Source: a virus (lineage: Duplodnaviria > Caudoviricetes). Taken from it: DNA of 52,231 bases. The stretch spans positions 1-52,231 of IMG/VR virus record IMGVR_UViG_3300033182_000152, one strand, 5' to 3'. The translations under genes and the position numbers were made by a program. Below, in pieces: positions 9,295 to 19,499 of the stretch. The notes beneath the pieces are model-generated. The model ran no database searches. It saw only the letters and a list, made by a program, of their open reading frames with translations, and was not told where the DNA came from. Within the stretch, counting starts at the first letter, position 1, and every line of letters begins with the position of its first letter.

Positions 9295-10053
9295 TTAGCC
9301 AATAATGAAGCCGTAACCCTTACCGCCAGTAACTTGTGTAGCAACTTCTTGTTCAAGTTTTTCCATTTCTTGTTGTGCTTCTGATTTTAAGTCGTTACCG
9401 TTAAGAGTTGATCCGCCTTGTGGGCCAGCAATAGTAGCGAATTTTGAACGTGCTTCGCCAAGCATATATTTACAACTTGCTAAAGTATAATCTTTAATCC
9501 ATTGTTTTGAATAAGGATCTGTTAGTATTGTAATATCTGGTTTATAGTTGTAAGTGTACAACAATACTTCTTCATCTGCTCTTGGACGTTGCAAAATTGT
9601 AAGTTGTTTGTTTGTAGTGTTAAATTTAAACTCGATAAATGAACCAAACATACGACCTACTAGTTCTTGATATCCTGAAAATAATTCGTATGTAAGTAAT
9701 CCGCCTATTGAACTAGAACTTAGTAAGTATGTGTTTGTGTATGCCAAGTTGAACGGCTCAAACAATGTACCGCCGTTGCCGCCTCCGCTGCGTGAGCCAA
9801 TTGAACGTCTGTAAATTTTACGAACTTCAACTACTTCTTGTGGAAGTGTATATACATTTTGGTCTTCAATTAGAGTAAGAAAACTGTAACTTTCTTCTAC
9901 AGAGTTATCTGAACGTTGCCTAAATCTTGTAAGTGCTTTATCAAGTGCTGCTTCATAATGTCTAGGATCAAGCTCAACGTCAACCATGCCCCCGCCAAGC
10001 ATTGTTTCAACGTAGTCAAATATATTACTCTTTTCTGTTACTAAGTCAGTCAT
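9295..10053 (-). CDS. gp13: Neck protein (T4 gp13-like)
   Basis: LGGGMVDVEL, WIKDYTLASCKYMLGEARSKF and GPQGGSTLNG, typical of gp13-like head-tail adaptors. Confidence 0.8.
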   Translation of the reverse strand: MTDLVTEKSNIFDYVETMLGGGMVDVELDPRHYEAALDKALTRFRQRSDNSVEESYSFLTLIEDQNVYTLPQEVVEVRKIYRRSIGSRSGGGNGGTLFEPFNLAYTNTYLLSSSSIGGLLTYELFSGYQELVGRMFGSFIEFKFNTTNKQLTILQRPRADEEVLLYTYNYKPDITILTDPYSKQWIKDYTLASCKYMLGEARSKFATIAGPQGGSTLNGNDLKSEAQQEMEKLEQEVATQVTGGKGYGFIIG

Positions 10054-10063
10054 ATTTTATACC

Positions 10064-11611
10064 TTATGCAGCAAACGTAGCATTTGTAATTTGACATAAT
10101 ACAGTTGCTAATAAGTTTGCTCTGTTGGTTGTAACACCGTTTTCAATAATTGGAATTGCTTTCAAGTGTCTTTGATCGATGCCGTTTAAAGTACTTATAC
10201 CATTTGGAGTTCCGTCAACTTGATCTGTGTACAATTCGTCTACTACAATTAAATATTTAGAACTTGGAGCAATGTGCGGGTGAATAGTGTAATTTGCGTT
10301 AGTCGCATAACCTGCACCTGTTTCAATATAGCCAACTACAAGTGCCCAGTGACCTACTGTATTTTCAGCAGTATCAGCGTTACCTTCAAAATACTCTTCG
10401 TTGTTAGGACCAGTTGTTTGTGCTGCTCCCCAGTCATAAAATTTAATAGGTAAACTTTTACATAAACTTGTACCACCTACTGTTTCTGGGGCAAGTTTGT
10501 TTTCTGGGTTAGTTCTTTGTGTAATATTCCAATGTTTAAAACAAGCAAAGAACGGTCTATCGTTTGTCATTTCAGTTCTTACAATTTGGAAGTTAGTATC
10601 AAAGTTATCCATTAGTGTCGAAGCATATCCTTCGCCAAAGCCCGACATTGCTGTGTCTTGCGAGTTGTAACTTACAGATACATCATTAGCCTGTAAAGCA
10701 CCTTCGCCAATTTGTTGTAACCAAGCTCTTAGTCCTACTACAAAGTTACCTACACTTGTACCATAAGCGGCATTAGCAGCATTCCAGTAAGTTGCTGTAT
10801 CACTAGCACCTAAACCATTAGTACCTACATACCAACCAAAGTCTGTAACAACAGTTGTCTGTTGAGCAAACGATACCGTTGTTGCTGGACGAGCACCGTC
10901 GTATAAATGGTCTTTCCATTGAGCATCGCCAAATGTGTATGTGCCTGAATCAGGGTAGTCAACACCGTCGCCGAATGTATTAAACGGTCCCCATCTATTT
11001 TCAATAAATCCTAACCAGTTTGACAATGCTGTAGGCGCACTCCATCCGTATGTATCTTCTTGTGTAATAGTATTATCATAGTTAAATGGATTATCCCACA
11101 TACCTGGCTGATAGTTACAAGTAACTAATTGTACATTGTTAGTAGCCATTTCTGTTTCTGATGGACGAAGTCTGCGATAGTTTAAGTTAGCACTTGCTGA
11201 ACTAGTATTACTATCCCAACGGTTGTTTGTTCCGTCATATACAAAGAGTGTTTCAAGGTTTCTGTCATCTAATATAAGTGTTTTGTTATCACCTAAGTAT
11301 GTGTTTACATAAGTTCCGTCAGGCACTACACCAGTTGTTCTAAAGTCAATTGGATGACCTGCTCTAACACTTACAGCATTAGTCAAGTGTCCGTATCCTT
11401 TTACAATAATACGAACAGTATCTCCATCAGCCGGAGTTGCTGATAAATTTACAACAAAGCCTGGTAAGTAGTCAAGTGTTTGTGATGTAGATGTATCACT
11501 TGTTGCTCTAGCAGCAGTGTCAATAATTATAGTATCGCCGTTACCAGCGTTATATGAATCATCTGCTGTTTTAGTCTTTGCTGCTGCATTTCTTATTTCT
11601 GCTAAAAACAT
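10064..11611 (-). CDS. Putative fibre-associated protein: N-terminal fibre beta-module plus papain/C39-like C-terminal domain
   Basis: The N-terminus resembles the C-terminal module of the upstream fibre. Motifs GWSAPTALSNWLGF, GHWALVVGY and YLIVVD. Confidence 0.5.
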   Translation of the reverse strand: MFLAEIRNAAAKTKTADDSYNAGNGDTIIIDTAARATSDTSTSQTLDYLPGFVVNLSATPADGDTVRIIVKGYGHLTNAVSVRAGHPIDFRTTGVVPDGTYVNTYLGDNKTLILDDRNLETLFVYDGTNNRWDSNTSSASANLNYRRLRPSETEMATNNVQLVTCNYQPGMWDNPFNYDNTITQEDTYGWSAPTALSNWLGFIENRWGPFNTFGDGVDYPDSGTYTFGDAQWKDHLYDGARPATTVSFAQQTTVVTDFGWYVGTNGLGASDTATYWNAANAAYGTSVGNFVVGLRAWLQQIGEGALQANDVSVSYNSQDTAMSGFGEGYASTLMDNFDTNFQIVRTEMTNDRPFFACFKHWNITQRTNPENKLAPETVGGTSLCKSLPIKFYDWGAAQTTGPNNEEYFEGNADTAENTVGHWALVVGYIETGAGYATNANYTIHPHIAPSSKYLIVVDELYTDQVDGTPNGISTLNGIDQRHLKAIPIIENGVTTNRANLLATVLCQITNATFAA

Positions 11612-11615
11612 TATA

Positions 11616-14600
11616 TTAGTTCTCCGTTAGTATCCAACCTTGTTCTGCGTTATAATATACAAGACCAAAAGCAGATCTATCTGTTTGGACAACTAAGTCC
11701 TCTGCTCTACCTTGAATGTTATGTCCGTTACGTGCTATAGTGATGTTGAATATACTTGCTTCCCCCATACCATCAATAACTCTTATTTCGTCTCCTAGTT
11801 CTGCTGTTGCCGGTAATGTAATAGTAATACCTGCTGTTACAGTAGTATCAACAATATAAGCACTACCTGCTTCTGCTGTTACATCTGTAATTAATTCAGT
11901 CCAACCTCTTGACAGTTTGCCAGTTTTTAATACACTAGTTGTAGTATTAGTGTTTACAACATCGCCAACTACAGTACCGTCAATGTCGTTAATAACTTGT
12001 GTACTGTCTTGAGCAAATACTGAACCAGTTATGTCACCTCTAATATTGTTAGAAACAATATCGCCAACATATAGATTAGCATATCTAAATGTTGCACTAC
12101 CAATATTGCCGTCTAGATCAAACTCCGGAATAATATTTACACCAGTATTAGTTTGTACACTACTTTGTAAAGTTAATGCTCCAGCAATTTCTGTTGTGCC
12201 ATCAATATAAAATCTTTCTGCTCCGCCAACTGTAAACCAAAAGCCGTCACCTGCTTCGGTTGGGTTAAAGTACAATGAAGTACCTTGTTTTAGAATACTT
12301 AATTCGTCGTTAGCAATACGTCCTTTAATTTCGCCTACTAGTCCGTCTACCATTATGCTCGAATCGTCTGCAAATACAGAACCTTTCAAGTCACCTGCCA
12401 AACTAGTAAATTCAGCACCGTTAGTCCATTGTGTTCCGTCCCATTGCAGAACATCGCCAACTGCTGGAGCACCTAGTGTTACATCATTTAAATCATCAAG
12501 TCCTTTAGTAGCAAACTCAGAATTAAATCTTGCGTTTGTAAAGTAGTAGTTAGCAATACCTTCTGCTAAATCGTCTGTTGTTTTTAAACTTAAACTGTTA
12601 TCAAATCTATCTTCAGTCCAGTATAAGTTAGTTGTTCCTTCTTCAATATCACTTGTAAGTAGATTGCTTAAACGATAATCAAAGTCTTGGTTAAAGTAAG
12701 TTGTTTGATAGTATCTATTTGAACTGCCTTCTGCTAAGTTATCAGTTGATATTGATAGTAAGTTAGAAGTAAAATTAGCATCACCTCTAGCCTCGGTCCA
12801 GTATAAATTGTTATTACCTTCTGCAACTCCGTCAGTTGTTAGGCCGCCACCCTCTCTAATTAGTTTATTCCAATTACCGTCAACAGCAACATACGCTTCG
12901 CTTTCACCTTGTACTACAGCAAACATACCGTTGTATGAGCTTGCTGTTGGAAGGTCTTGTAGTGTAGCATAATAACTTCTAATCTTGTTAGTAGCACTTG
13001 TAAGTTCGACAGTAGCAGTAGCACTTGAAATACTACCGTCTAATGTACCAACAAATGTACTAGCAGTGATACTATTTGTACCTGCGCTCCACGAATCAGC
13101 TGATTCGTCCCATATCCAAGATACAGTATTTTCGTCACCTCTAAGTACTTCAATACCAGCATTTAAACTTGGTGTTCCTGTATTAAAGTTTGAGTTTAAT
13201 GTAACAATGTTATCGTCGACTAATAACTGTTGTGTATCAAGTGTAGTAGTTGTTCCTTGAACTGTTAAGTCGCCTGTAATTGTTAGTTCAGCAAATGTAG
13301 GTGTTGCGTTTGTAGCGACATCCTGACCAATTGAAATTTCACCCGATGTACTATTATATGTAACACCAGTGCCAGCACTTAAAGAAGCCCTTGCTCTTGG
13401 TTCTGTAAAGTATAAGTTAGTAGCACCTTGCGCTTCTGAAATCTCATCTGTTACTGTTGGAATAGTTGGTGTGTTAGTAAAGTTATTATAGTCTAAGAAA
13501 TCAGCAGGTGTTTGACCATTTAAGTTTTGTACTTCACCAAATTCGTTAATAATAACATCGCCGTACGCATTTTGAATTTGATATCCAGCAAGGTCATCAA
13601 GAATATAATTACCCTTCAATGTTGATTCAATTGTGCCGCTAGATGTAAAGTTACCGCTAACTGACAAGTTATTAAACGATGAAGTATTTGTACTTGTAAC
13701 GTCGCCACTTAGTGTACCATTTACACTACCATTTAAACTACCAGTAAACAAACCTTGGAATTCTAAGTTTGTGTTTGGACTTGTAGGATCTGCTTTTACT
13801 ACCATTGGTAGTGTGCTGTAGAATTGTACCGAAGTACCTTCAATACGCATATTACCTAGTGTTGCTGTCGGAGCACCTGTAATTGATGTGCCTGTACCAA
13901 ATGCTAGTTCTGTGTTATTAGAAACAGCAATTTCTGACGTTGTGTTTGGTCCTAGTTCGTCTGTTTTTGTAAGTGTGTTTACAACATCACCAGTAAGTAA
14001 ATTTGAAACACCGTCAACGAGTATAGTTGAATCGTCACCAAATACAGAACCTTTAACATCACTGCCCCAAATTGCTGTTGAAATATCAGCAAATTCTACA
14101 GCATCACCGGCTGCGTTTACAGCAAGGAATTTGTTAGCAAATCCACTAAAACTGCTCGGAGTATCTGTTAGTCCTAAGAATGTAGTTGAGCCGCCTGTGC
14201 CACCGCCTGTTGCTTCAACTGTTAATGTGTTAGCAACATCGTCATAATTTAAAGTAATGCCAGCGCCAGCAGATAGTAATGCGTTAACACGATCGTCAAC
14301 ACGTTCTTCAGTATACCATTTGTTAATAGTACCTTCTGATAAATCGTCTGTTGACTTTAAAGCAAACTGTACGTTCCAGTCTGCTTGTGTGTAAACATCA
14401 AGTACATAAATTGTGCCTGACTGTCCTGGATAATATTGTGAATTGTAATATAATGTATCTGGAGCATCCATTGGAACAGTAAATGTAATTGTTCCTGTTT
14501 CCGATCCGTTACCTGTTACACCGTCATTGTAAGCGTTTGCTGTACCTGTTGAGTTAGCAGTCTTAATAAACAACGGACTACCAGTTGTGTTCATAGAGAA

Positions 14601-16166
14601 CGTATAAGTTTGTCCTCTTGTCAAATATAATGTAGGATCGTTATCGCTACTTGTTCCGCCACCGTCGAATACATAATGATCTGTAGTAGGTGCTGTTACA
14701 TTAAAGTTAATAACTCCGTCAACACTTGCTACGTCACCTGGTACAAAGTTTAAACCGTCCCACACAAGTGCTTGACCGTTTGTAGGTGCTGTTGAAGTAG
14801 TATCTACATCACTTAACGCATCAACACTTGTAGTTGCTAAGTTTGGTACTGTGTTTCCTGGAACCCAGTTAGAACCATCCCATACAAGTGCCTCACCATT
14901 ACTAGGTGCTAATGAAGTTGTGTCAACATCTGATAATGCGTTAATACTTGTAGCACTAATATCTGCTGCTACTGCTCCTGGAACAAAGTCGTTGCCGTTC
15001 CAAACTAATGCTTCGCCATTGTTAGGTGCTACTGTTGTAATGTCGACATCACTTAGAGCACCAACACTAAACGAACCAATACCTGTGATATAACCTGAAT
15101 TGTTAATGAAACTAATAACACCAGTTACTTGGTTAAAGTCAATATCACCAGTGCCGCTAATATCAGTTAAAGCAATACCAGTACCGCCAGTGCCCTCTGA
15201 ATCTGCTGCTGGTGCCCAGGTTGCGCCATCCCATTTTAGTACTTGTCCTGTATTAGGCGCTGTGCTACTCACGTCTGCTAAATCTGCTAAGTTACTTGGA
15301 ATAGTCGGAGTACCAGTTAAATCACTGTATGCTCCTGAAGTCGCTACAGTTGCTAATGTTGGAGTATCAGTTAAATCTCCGTATGCTCCTGAAGTTGCTA
15401 CAGTTGCTAAACTTGCTGTTGTAGCATAACCTGATAAGTCTGGAGGAGTAAGAGTAAACAAACCTGTAAGACTGTTATATGCTAACGAGCCGCCACCGCT
15501 CGCTGCGATAGTGTTTGCCGACAAGTCAGTAAGAGTAATGCCTCCACCGCCTGCTACAGTTCCAGGTACCCAATTACTTCCGTCCCAAACAAGTGCCTGT
15601 CCATTGCTAGGAGCAGCAGATGTAGTATCTACATCTGATAGTGCGTCAATGCTAGTTGAACCAATATCTGCTGCTACAGCACCTGCTACCCACGCACTGC
15701 CATTCCATACTAATGCCTGTCCATTGCTAGGAGTTGGAACAGAAACATTCGTTAAATCGCCTAGTGCTTGCGGTACTGCTGATGGAGTAGTTGCTGTCCA
15801 AACAGCGCCGTCAAAACTAAGAACTTGTCCGCTTGTAGGTGAATTAATTGAAGTATCAGTAAGTGCTACAAGTGATGTGACTAATGTAGGAGTGTTTGTA
15901 AAGTTGTTATAATCTAAGTAATAAGATGGTGCTTCACCGCCTAGTGTTGCTGCGTCAGTACCAATTGATCCTGGACTTGCCCAAATTACTGTTCCATCTT
16001 GTTGAACAACAAGTGTTTGCCCGGCAACGCCAAGACTGTCTGGAAAATCTCCAACTTTAAGGTATAATTCTGTAAAATTGTTGTTCGTTTTTATTAGGGC
16101 AGCGCGAAGAGTATCTCCATCACCCGCATCTGGGCCGCTACCTACATTGATAATTTCTTGAGCCAT
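11616..16166 (-). CDS. Large tail fibre / baseplate-attached protein
   Basis: N-terminal INVGSGPDAGDGDTLRAALIKTNNNFTELY (T4 gp9/gp10-type anchor), repeated LSDVD...NGQALVWDG.NWVPG units, TDDLxEG..NLYxT repeats and a cupredoxin-like domain. Confidence 0.8.
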   Translation of the reverse strand: MAQEIINVGSGPDAGDGDTLRAALIKTNNNFTELYLKVGDFPDSLGVAGQTLVVQQDGTVIWASPGSIGTDAATLGGEAPSYYLDYNNFTNTPTLVTSLVALTDTSINSPTSGQVLSFDGAVWTATTPSAVPQALGDLTNVSVPTPSNGQALVWNGSAWVAGAVAADIGSTSIDALSDVDTTSAAPSNGQALVWDGSNWVPGTVAGGGGITLTDLSANTIAASGGGSLAYNSLTGLFTLTPPDLSGYATTASLATVATSGAYGDLTDTPTLATVATSGAYSDLTGTPTIPSNLADLADVSSTAPNTGQVLKWDGATWAPAADSEGTGGTGIALTDISGTGDIDFNQVTGVISFINNSGYITGIGSFSVGALSDVDITTVAPNNGEALVWNGNDFVPGAVAADISATSINALSDVDTTSLAPSNGEALVWDGSNWVPGNTVPNLATTSVDALSDVDTTSTAPTNGQALVWDGLNFVPGDVASVDGVINFNVTAPTTDHYVFDGGGTSSDNDPTLYLTRGQTYTFSMNTTGSPLFIKTANSTGTANAYNDGVTGNGSETGTITFTVPMDAPDTLYYNSQYYPGQSGTIYVLDVYTQADWNVQFALKSTDDLSEGTINKWYTEERVDDRVNALLSAGAGITLNYDDVANTLTVEATGGGTGGSTTFLGLTDTPSSFSGFANKFLAVNAAGDAVEFADISTAIWGSDVKGSVFGDDSTILVDGVSNLLTGDVVNTLTKTDELGPNTTSEIAVSNNTELAFGTGTSITGAPTATLGNMRIEGTSVQFYSTLPMVVKADPTSPNTNLEFQGLFTGSLNGSVNGTLSGDVTSTNTSSFNNLSVSGNFTSSGTIESTLKGNYILDDLAGYQIQNAYGDVIINEFGEVQNLNGQTPADFLDYNNFTNTPTIPTVTDEISEAQGATNLYFTEPRARASLSAGTGVTYNSTSGEISIGQDVATNATPTFAELTITGDLTVQGTTTTLDTQQLLVDDNIVTLNSNFNTGTPSLNAGIEVLRGDENTVSWIWDESADSWSAGTNSITASTFVGTLDGSISSATATVELTSATNKIRSYYATLQDLPTASSYNGMFAVVQGESEAYVAVDGNWNKLIREGGGLTTDGVAEGNNNLYWTEARGDANFTSNLLSISTDNLAEGSSNRYYQTTYFNQDFDYRLSNLLTSDIEEGTTNLYWTEDRFDNSLSLKTTDDLAEGIANYYFTNARFNSEFATKGLDDLNDVTLGAPAVGDVLQWDGTQWTNGAEFTSLAGDLKGSVFADDSSIMVDGLVGEIKGRIANDELSILKQGTSLYFNPTEAGDGFWFTVGGAERFYIDGTTEIAGALTLQSSVQTNTGVNIIPEFDLDGNIGSATFRYANLYVGDIVSNNIRGDITGSVFAQDSTQVINDIDGTVVGDVVNTNTTTSVLKTGKLSRGWTELITDVTAEAGSAYIVDTTVTAGITITLPATAELGDEIRVIDGMGEASIFNITIARNGHNIQGRAEDLVVQTDRSAFGLVYYNAEQGWILTEN
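14730..15890 (-). repeat. Coding tandem repeats (L.DV...AP.NGQ.L.W.G..W)
   Basis: About seven degenerate copies in the 1516-aa protein, plus a duplicated LATVATSGAY.DLT.TPT. Confidence 0.8.
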
Positions 16167-16203
16167 ATTATTGTTCCTAGCAATGTCACATTGTGTTATA
16201 ATA

Positions 16204-16235
16204 TATTTATCTTACGATAAAGATTCTGGTAAATA
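16204..16235. promoter_or_regulatory. Divergent late promoter pair
   Basis: GATAAATA on minus (16211-16204) and GGTAAATA on plus (16228-16235, 8 nt before ATG 16244). Confidence 0.6.
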
Positions 16236-16243
16236 GTTATACT

Positions 16244-17611
16244 ATGCCAAGACTAAGTTTATATAAACCCGAAAAAGGGAATGATTACAAGTTTATAGAT
16301 CGTCAGATTTATGAAATGTTTCAAGTAGGCGGTACAGACGTAAATGTACACAAATACATTGGAACCGATGACGGAACCACTGTGAAAGATCATACGCAAA
16401 TACAAGACTTATTGTTTTTAGAAAACAGAGATAGAAAGTACGATGAAGATATCTATTCTATTAGAGGTATCTACAATGTACAAGACATTGACTTTGATTT
16501 AAGTCAATTTGGTTTGTTTTTACAAAATGATACATTGTTTATGACTATACACATTAATAGTTCTGTTGATGCGTTAGGTAGAAAAATAATGCCAGGTGAT
16601 GTTTTAGAATTACCGCATTTAAAAGATGAGTACGCTGAAAATGATTATGAAGTTGCGTTAAAACGCTTTTATGTAGTAGAGGACGTAAATAGAGCAGCAG
16701 AAGGATTCAGTCCGACTTGGTATCCACATCTTTATAGAATAAAGATGAAACAAATACTCGACAGTCAAGAATACAAAGACATACTTGACTTACCAATGAA
16801 TGAAGAAGCACCTGAAGACGGTTCGTTAAGAGATTTGCTTTCTACATACGAAAAAGAAATGCAAATTAATGACGCTGTTGTTGCTGAAGCAGAGAAAGAT
16901 GCTGCTAAGTCGGGCTATGATGTCACCCACTTGTATACTTTAGAAGTTTCAGAAGGTAAATCAAATCTTCAAACAGTTGACGATAGCGAGATAAACGTAG
17001 CATCAAGTGAAACTGTAGATGCGTTAAGAAATACTCCTTCAAAGTTAGGTTATAGCGGATACTTATTAGGTATTGACGGCGCACCAAACGGCGCACCTTT
17101 TGGAAGTGGCATTTCGTTTCCAGATACAGCAGCCAATGGTGACTATTTCCTACGTATAGACTTTTTACCTAATAGACTATTTAGATACGATGGTAAACGT
17201 TGGATTAAAATGCAAGATGATTTACGAATGGATTTAACTAACACAGATACTAGACAAACACAAAAAGGTACATTTATTAATAACATTAACTATACATATC
17301 AAGACAACATTGCTATTGACAGTGTACGTTTAGAAGTAGGTAACACAGAGATACTTACAGATATTGAGCATCCTACTAGTGCTACACCAAACTATATTGT
17401 AATACAATTAAACAATTATGCGTTAGAATATGTTGTTGCTGATCATCCTACTATGATTTCAACTTATACAAAGAATAACAAAACACTTGTTAAACTAACT
17501 ATTCCAGATGAGATTATATCCGACGGACTTTGGGAAGTTGGATTATTTGGCTCTAGAGTAAAAGAACGTCAAAGTCTAAGTGAAGCACTACGTCCAAGGA
17601 GCGATAACTAA
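16244..17611 (+). CDS. gp14: Neck / head-closure protein (T4 gp14-like) with C-terminal extension
   Basis: DLSQFGLFLQNDTLFMT and GRKIMPGDVLELPHL, located upstream of the gp15-like gene. Confidence 0.65.
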   Translation: MPRLSLYKPEKGNDYKFIDRQIYEMFQVGGTDVNVHKYIGTDDGTTVKDHTQIQDLLFLENRDRKYDEDIYSIRGIYNVQDIDFDLSQFGLFLQNDTLFMTIHINSSVDALGRKIMPGDVLELPHLKDEYAENDYEVALKRFYVVEDVNRAAEGFSPTWYPHLYRIKMKQILDSQEYKDILDLPMNEEAPEDGSLRDLLSTYEKEMQINDAVVAEAEKDAAKSGYDVTHLYTLEVSEGKSNLQTVDDSEINVASSETVDALRNTPSKLGYSGYLLGIDGAPNGAPFGSGISFPDTAANGDYFLRIDFLPNRLFRYDGKRWIKMQDDLRMDLTNTDTRQTQKGTFINNINYTYQDNIAIDSVRLEVGNTEILTDIEHPTSATPNYIVIQLNNYALEYVVADHPTMISTYTKNNKTLVKLTIPDEIISDGLWEVGLFGSRVKERQSLSEALRPRSDN

Positions 17612-19041
17612 TGCAACATTTTTATGACGGACAAGTAAGACGCTATCTAAATCAAATGATTAGATTGCTTAGTCATTTTACATATAAAGATGGCTCTGGA
17701 CAACTTACTCGTGTTCCTGTAATGTACGGTGATATTACTAGACAAGTAGGTAGTATTATTAGAGATAATTCAGAAAACAAACTGCCAAGTGCTCCACGTA
17801 TTGGTATGTATGTAACCGCATTAGAAATGGATAGAACTAGAACTGCTGATGCTAGTTATGTTAGTAAACTTCATATGCGTGAAAGAGAGTATGACGAAGC
17901 AAACCAAAAATATTTAAACACTCAAGGTAGAACATATACAGTTGAAAGACTAATGCCTAGTCCATATAACCTTACTGTAAATGCGGATATTTGGAGTACT
18001 AACACAGATCAAAAACTACAACTTGTAGAACAGATATTAATGTTGTTTAACCCAAGTTTAGAAATACAAACAACAGACAACTTTGTAGATTGGACTAGTT
18101 TAAGTGTTGTAAATTTAGAAGGCATTACTTGGAGTAGTAGAAGTATTCCTCAAGGCACTGACAGTGAAATTGACGTTGCTACGTTAACTTTCCAAACTCC
18201 GATTTATATTAGTCCTCCTGCTAAAGTTAAGAAACTAGGTGTTATTACTCAAATTACAATGAGTGTTAATGACGAAACAGCAGGTACCATAGAAACAGGT
18301 ATTAATGTTGACGGATTTAGTGGTTGGGACGAATCAGATCCAGGTGCGTTTGGCGGACAATTAATTAATAGAACACACTCTGATTGGCATTTATTAGCAA
18401 TCAATAACAATGCCCAACTTGTTAATCCTACTGGAATGAATTCGCAACCTGAATTAGATGTTCCAGAAAATACAGGAAAAAGCGGACATTGGCAAGCGGC
18501 AATTGACGAATTACCAGGCGAATATAGAGCAGGTTTAAGTAAAATATTCTTACGCAGAGTAGAAACAAAAACTCCTATTGTAGGTTATTTTACACTTAAT
18601 CCATTAGACGCTACTTCGCTTACTGTTGACTGGGACATTGACACGTTGCCAACTAATACTACACTAACTGGTCCTACTAGATCAGATGGAAATATTGATG
18701 CTGTTATCAATCCTGAAAGAACTCCGCCTACTAAAGTAGCAGGTACTAGATTTTTAATTACTGAAAATATCGGTAGTGTTAATAATACTGACGGTCCTGA
18801 TGCTTGGAAAAATTCAAATGGTTCAGACTTTGTTGCTGAAGCAAATGATATCATTGAATGGGATGGAAGTAATTGGCATATAGTTTTTGATGCTTCTGAT
18901 AATACAGGTGACGAAGTTAGTCCTGTATATGTAACTAATACAAATTCAAATAGCGGACTACAATTTAAGTGGACTGGCACTGAATGGCTCAAAGCCTGGG
19001 AAGGCATTTACGAGCCAGGTTGGTGGCAGATCGTACTATAA
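17611..19041 (+). CDS. gp15: Tail terminator / sheath stabiliser (T4 gp15-like)
   Basis: HFYDGQVRRY, VPVMYG, MPSPYNL and QLVEQILMLFNP motifs. Confidence 0.75.
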   Translation: MQHFYDGQVRRYLNQMIRLLSHFTYKDGSGQLTRVPVMYGDITRQVGSIIRDNSENKLPSAPRIGMYVTALEMDRTRTADASYVSKLHMREREYDEANQKYLNTQGRTYTVERLMPSPYNLTVNADIWSTNTDQKLQLVEQILMLFNPSLEIQTTDNFVDWTSLSVVNLEGITWSSRSIPQGTDSEIDVATLTFQTPIYISPPAKVKKLGVITQITMSVNDETAGTIETGINVDGFSGWDESDPGAFGGQLINRTHSDWHLLAINNNAQLVNPTGMNSQPELDVPENTGKSGHWQAAIDELPGEYRAGLSKIFLRRVETKTPIVGYFTLNPLDATSLTVDWDIDTLPTNTTLTGPTRSDGNIDAVINPERTPPTKVAGTRFLITENIGSVNNTDGPDAWKNSNGSDFVAEANDIIEWDGSNWHIVFDASDNTGDEVSPVYVTNTNSNSGLQFKWTGTEWLKAWEGIYEPGWWQIVL

Positions 19042-19058
19042 AACGCATACATAATAGT

Positions 19059-19499
19059 ATGTCCGATAAAATTATCTGTAGCGGATCTATTATCTGCTCA
19101 CTACACACAAAACGTTTTCTTTTACTACAGCGTACTAGTGCTAAATCTCTTGGTCAATGGGGTTTAGTTGGCGGAACAAATAATGATGGCGAAACGCCCT
19201 GGCAAGGTCTTGAAAGAGAAATTGAAGAAGAAATAGGACATTTGCCCGAATTTAAAAAGATTATTCCTTTAGAGCTGTTTGTTTCAAACGATGAAAAATT
19301 CAACTTTCATACATACCTTTGTTTTGTAAAAGATGAATTTATTCCTACATTAAACAGCGAACACTCAGGTTATGCTTGGGTTGAATTTGGAAAATGGCCT
19401 AAACCTTTACATCAGGGGTTGCGAAATACTTTAAACAATGCTATAATAAAAACAAAGATTCTAACAGCAGTAGATGTGTTAGACTATTTGGAGGAATAA
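19059..19499 (+). CDS. NUDIX hydrolase
   Basis: Nudix box GGTNNDGETPWQGLEREIEEEIG plus LNSEHSGYAW. Start reassigned to MSDKII at 19059, after the gp15 stop. Confidence 0.9.
   Translation: MSDKIICSGSIICSLHTKRFLLLQRTSAKSLGQWGLVGGTNNDGETPWQGLEREIEEEIGHLPEFKKIIPLELFVSNDEKFNFHTYLCFVKDEFIPTLNSEHSGYAWVEFGKWPKPLHQGLRNTLNNAIIKTKILTAVDVLDYLEE

Noticed and set aside
14730-15890. Possible CRISPR array or DNA-level repeat
   Set aside because: Repeats are degenerate at synonymous positions and in frame, so they are protein repeats. No constant repeat/spacer structure is present.
12355-15912. Many plus-strand ORFs opposite the 1516-aa fibre (likewise opposite the sheath, 4132-aa and 1511-aa genes)
   Set aside because: They are antisense open frames arising from codon bias of the long genes, with no SD and no motifs.
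18984-19058. Upstream start for the NUDIX gene
   Set aside because: It overlaps the gp15-like gene. ATG 19059 follows the stop and a late-box variant.
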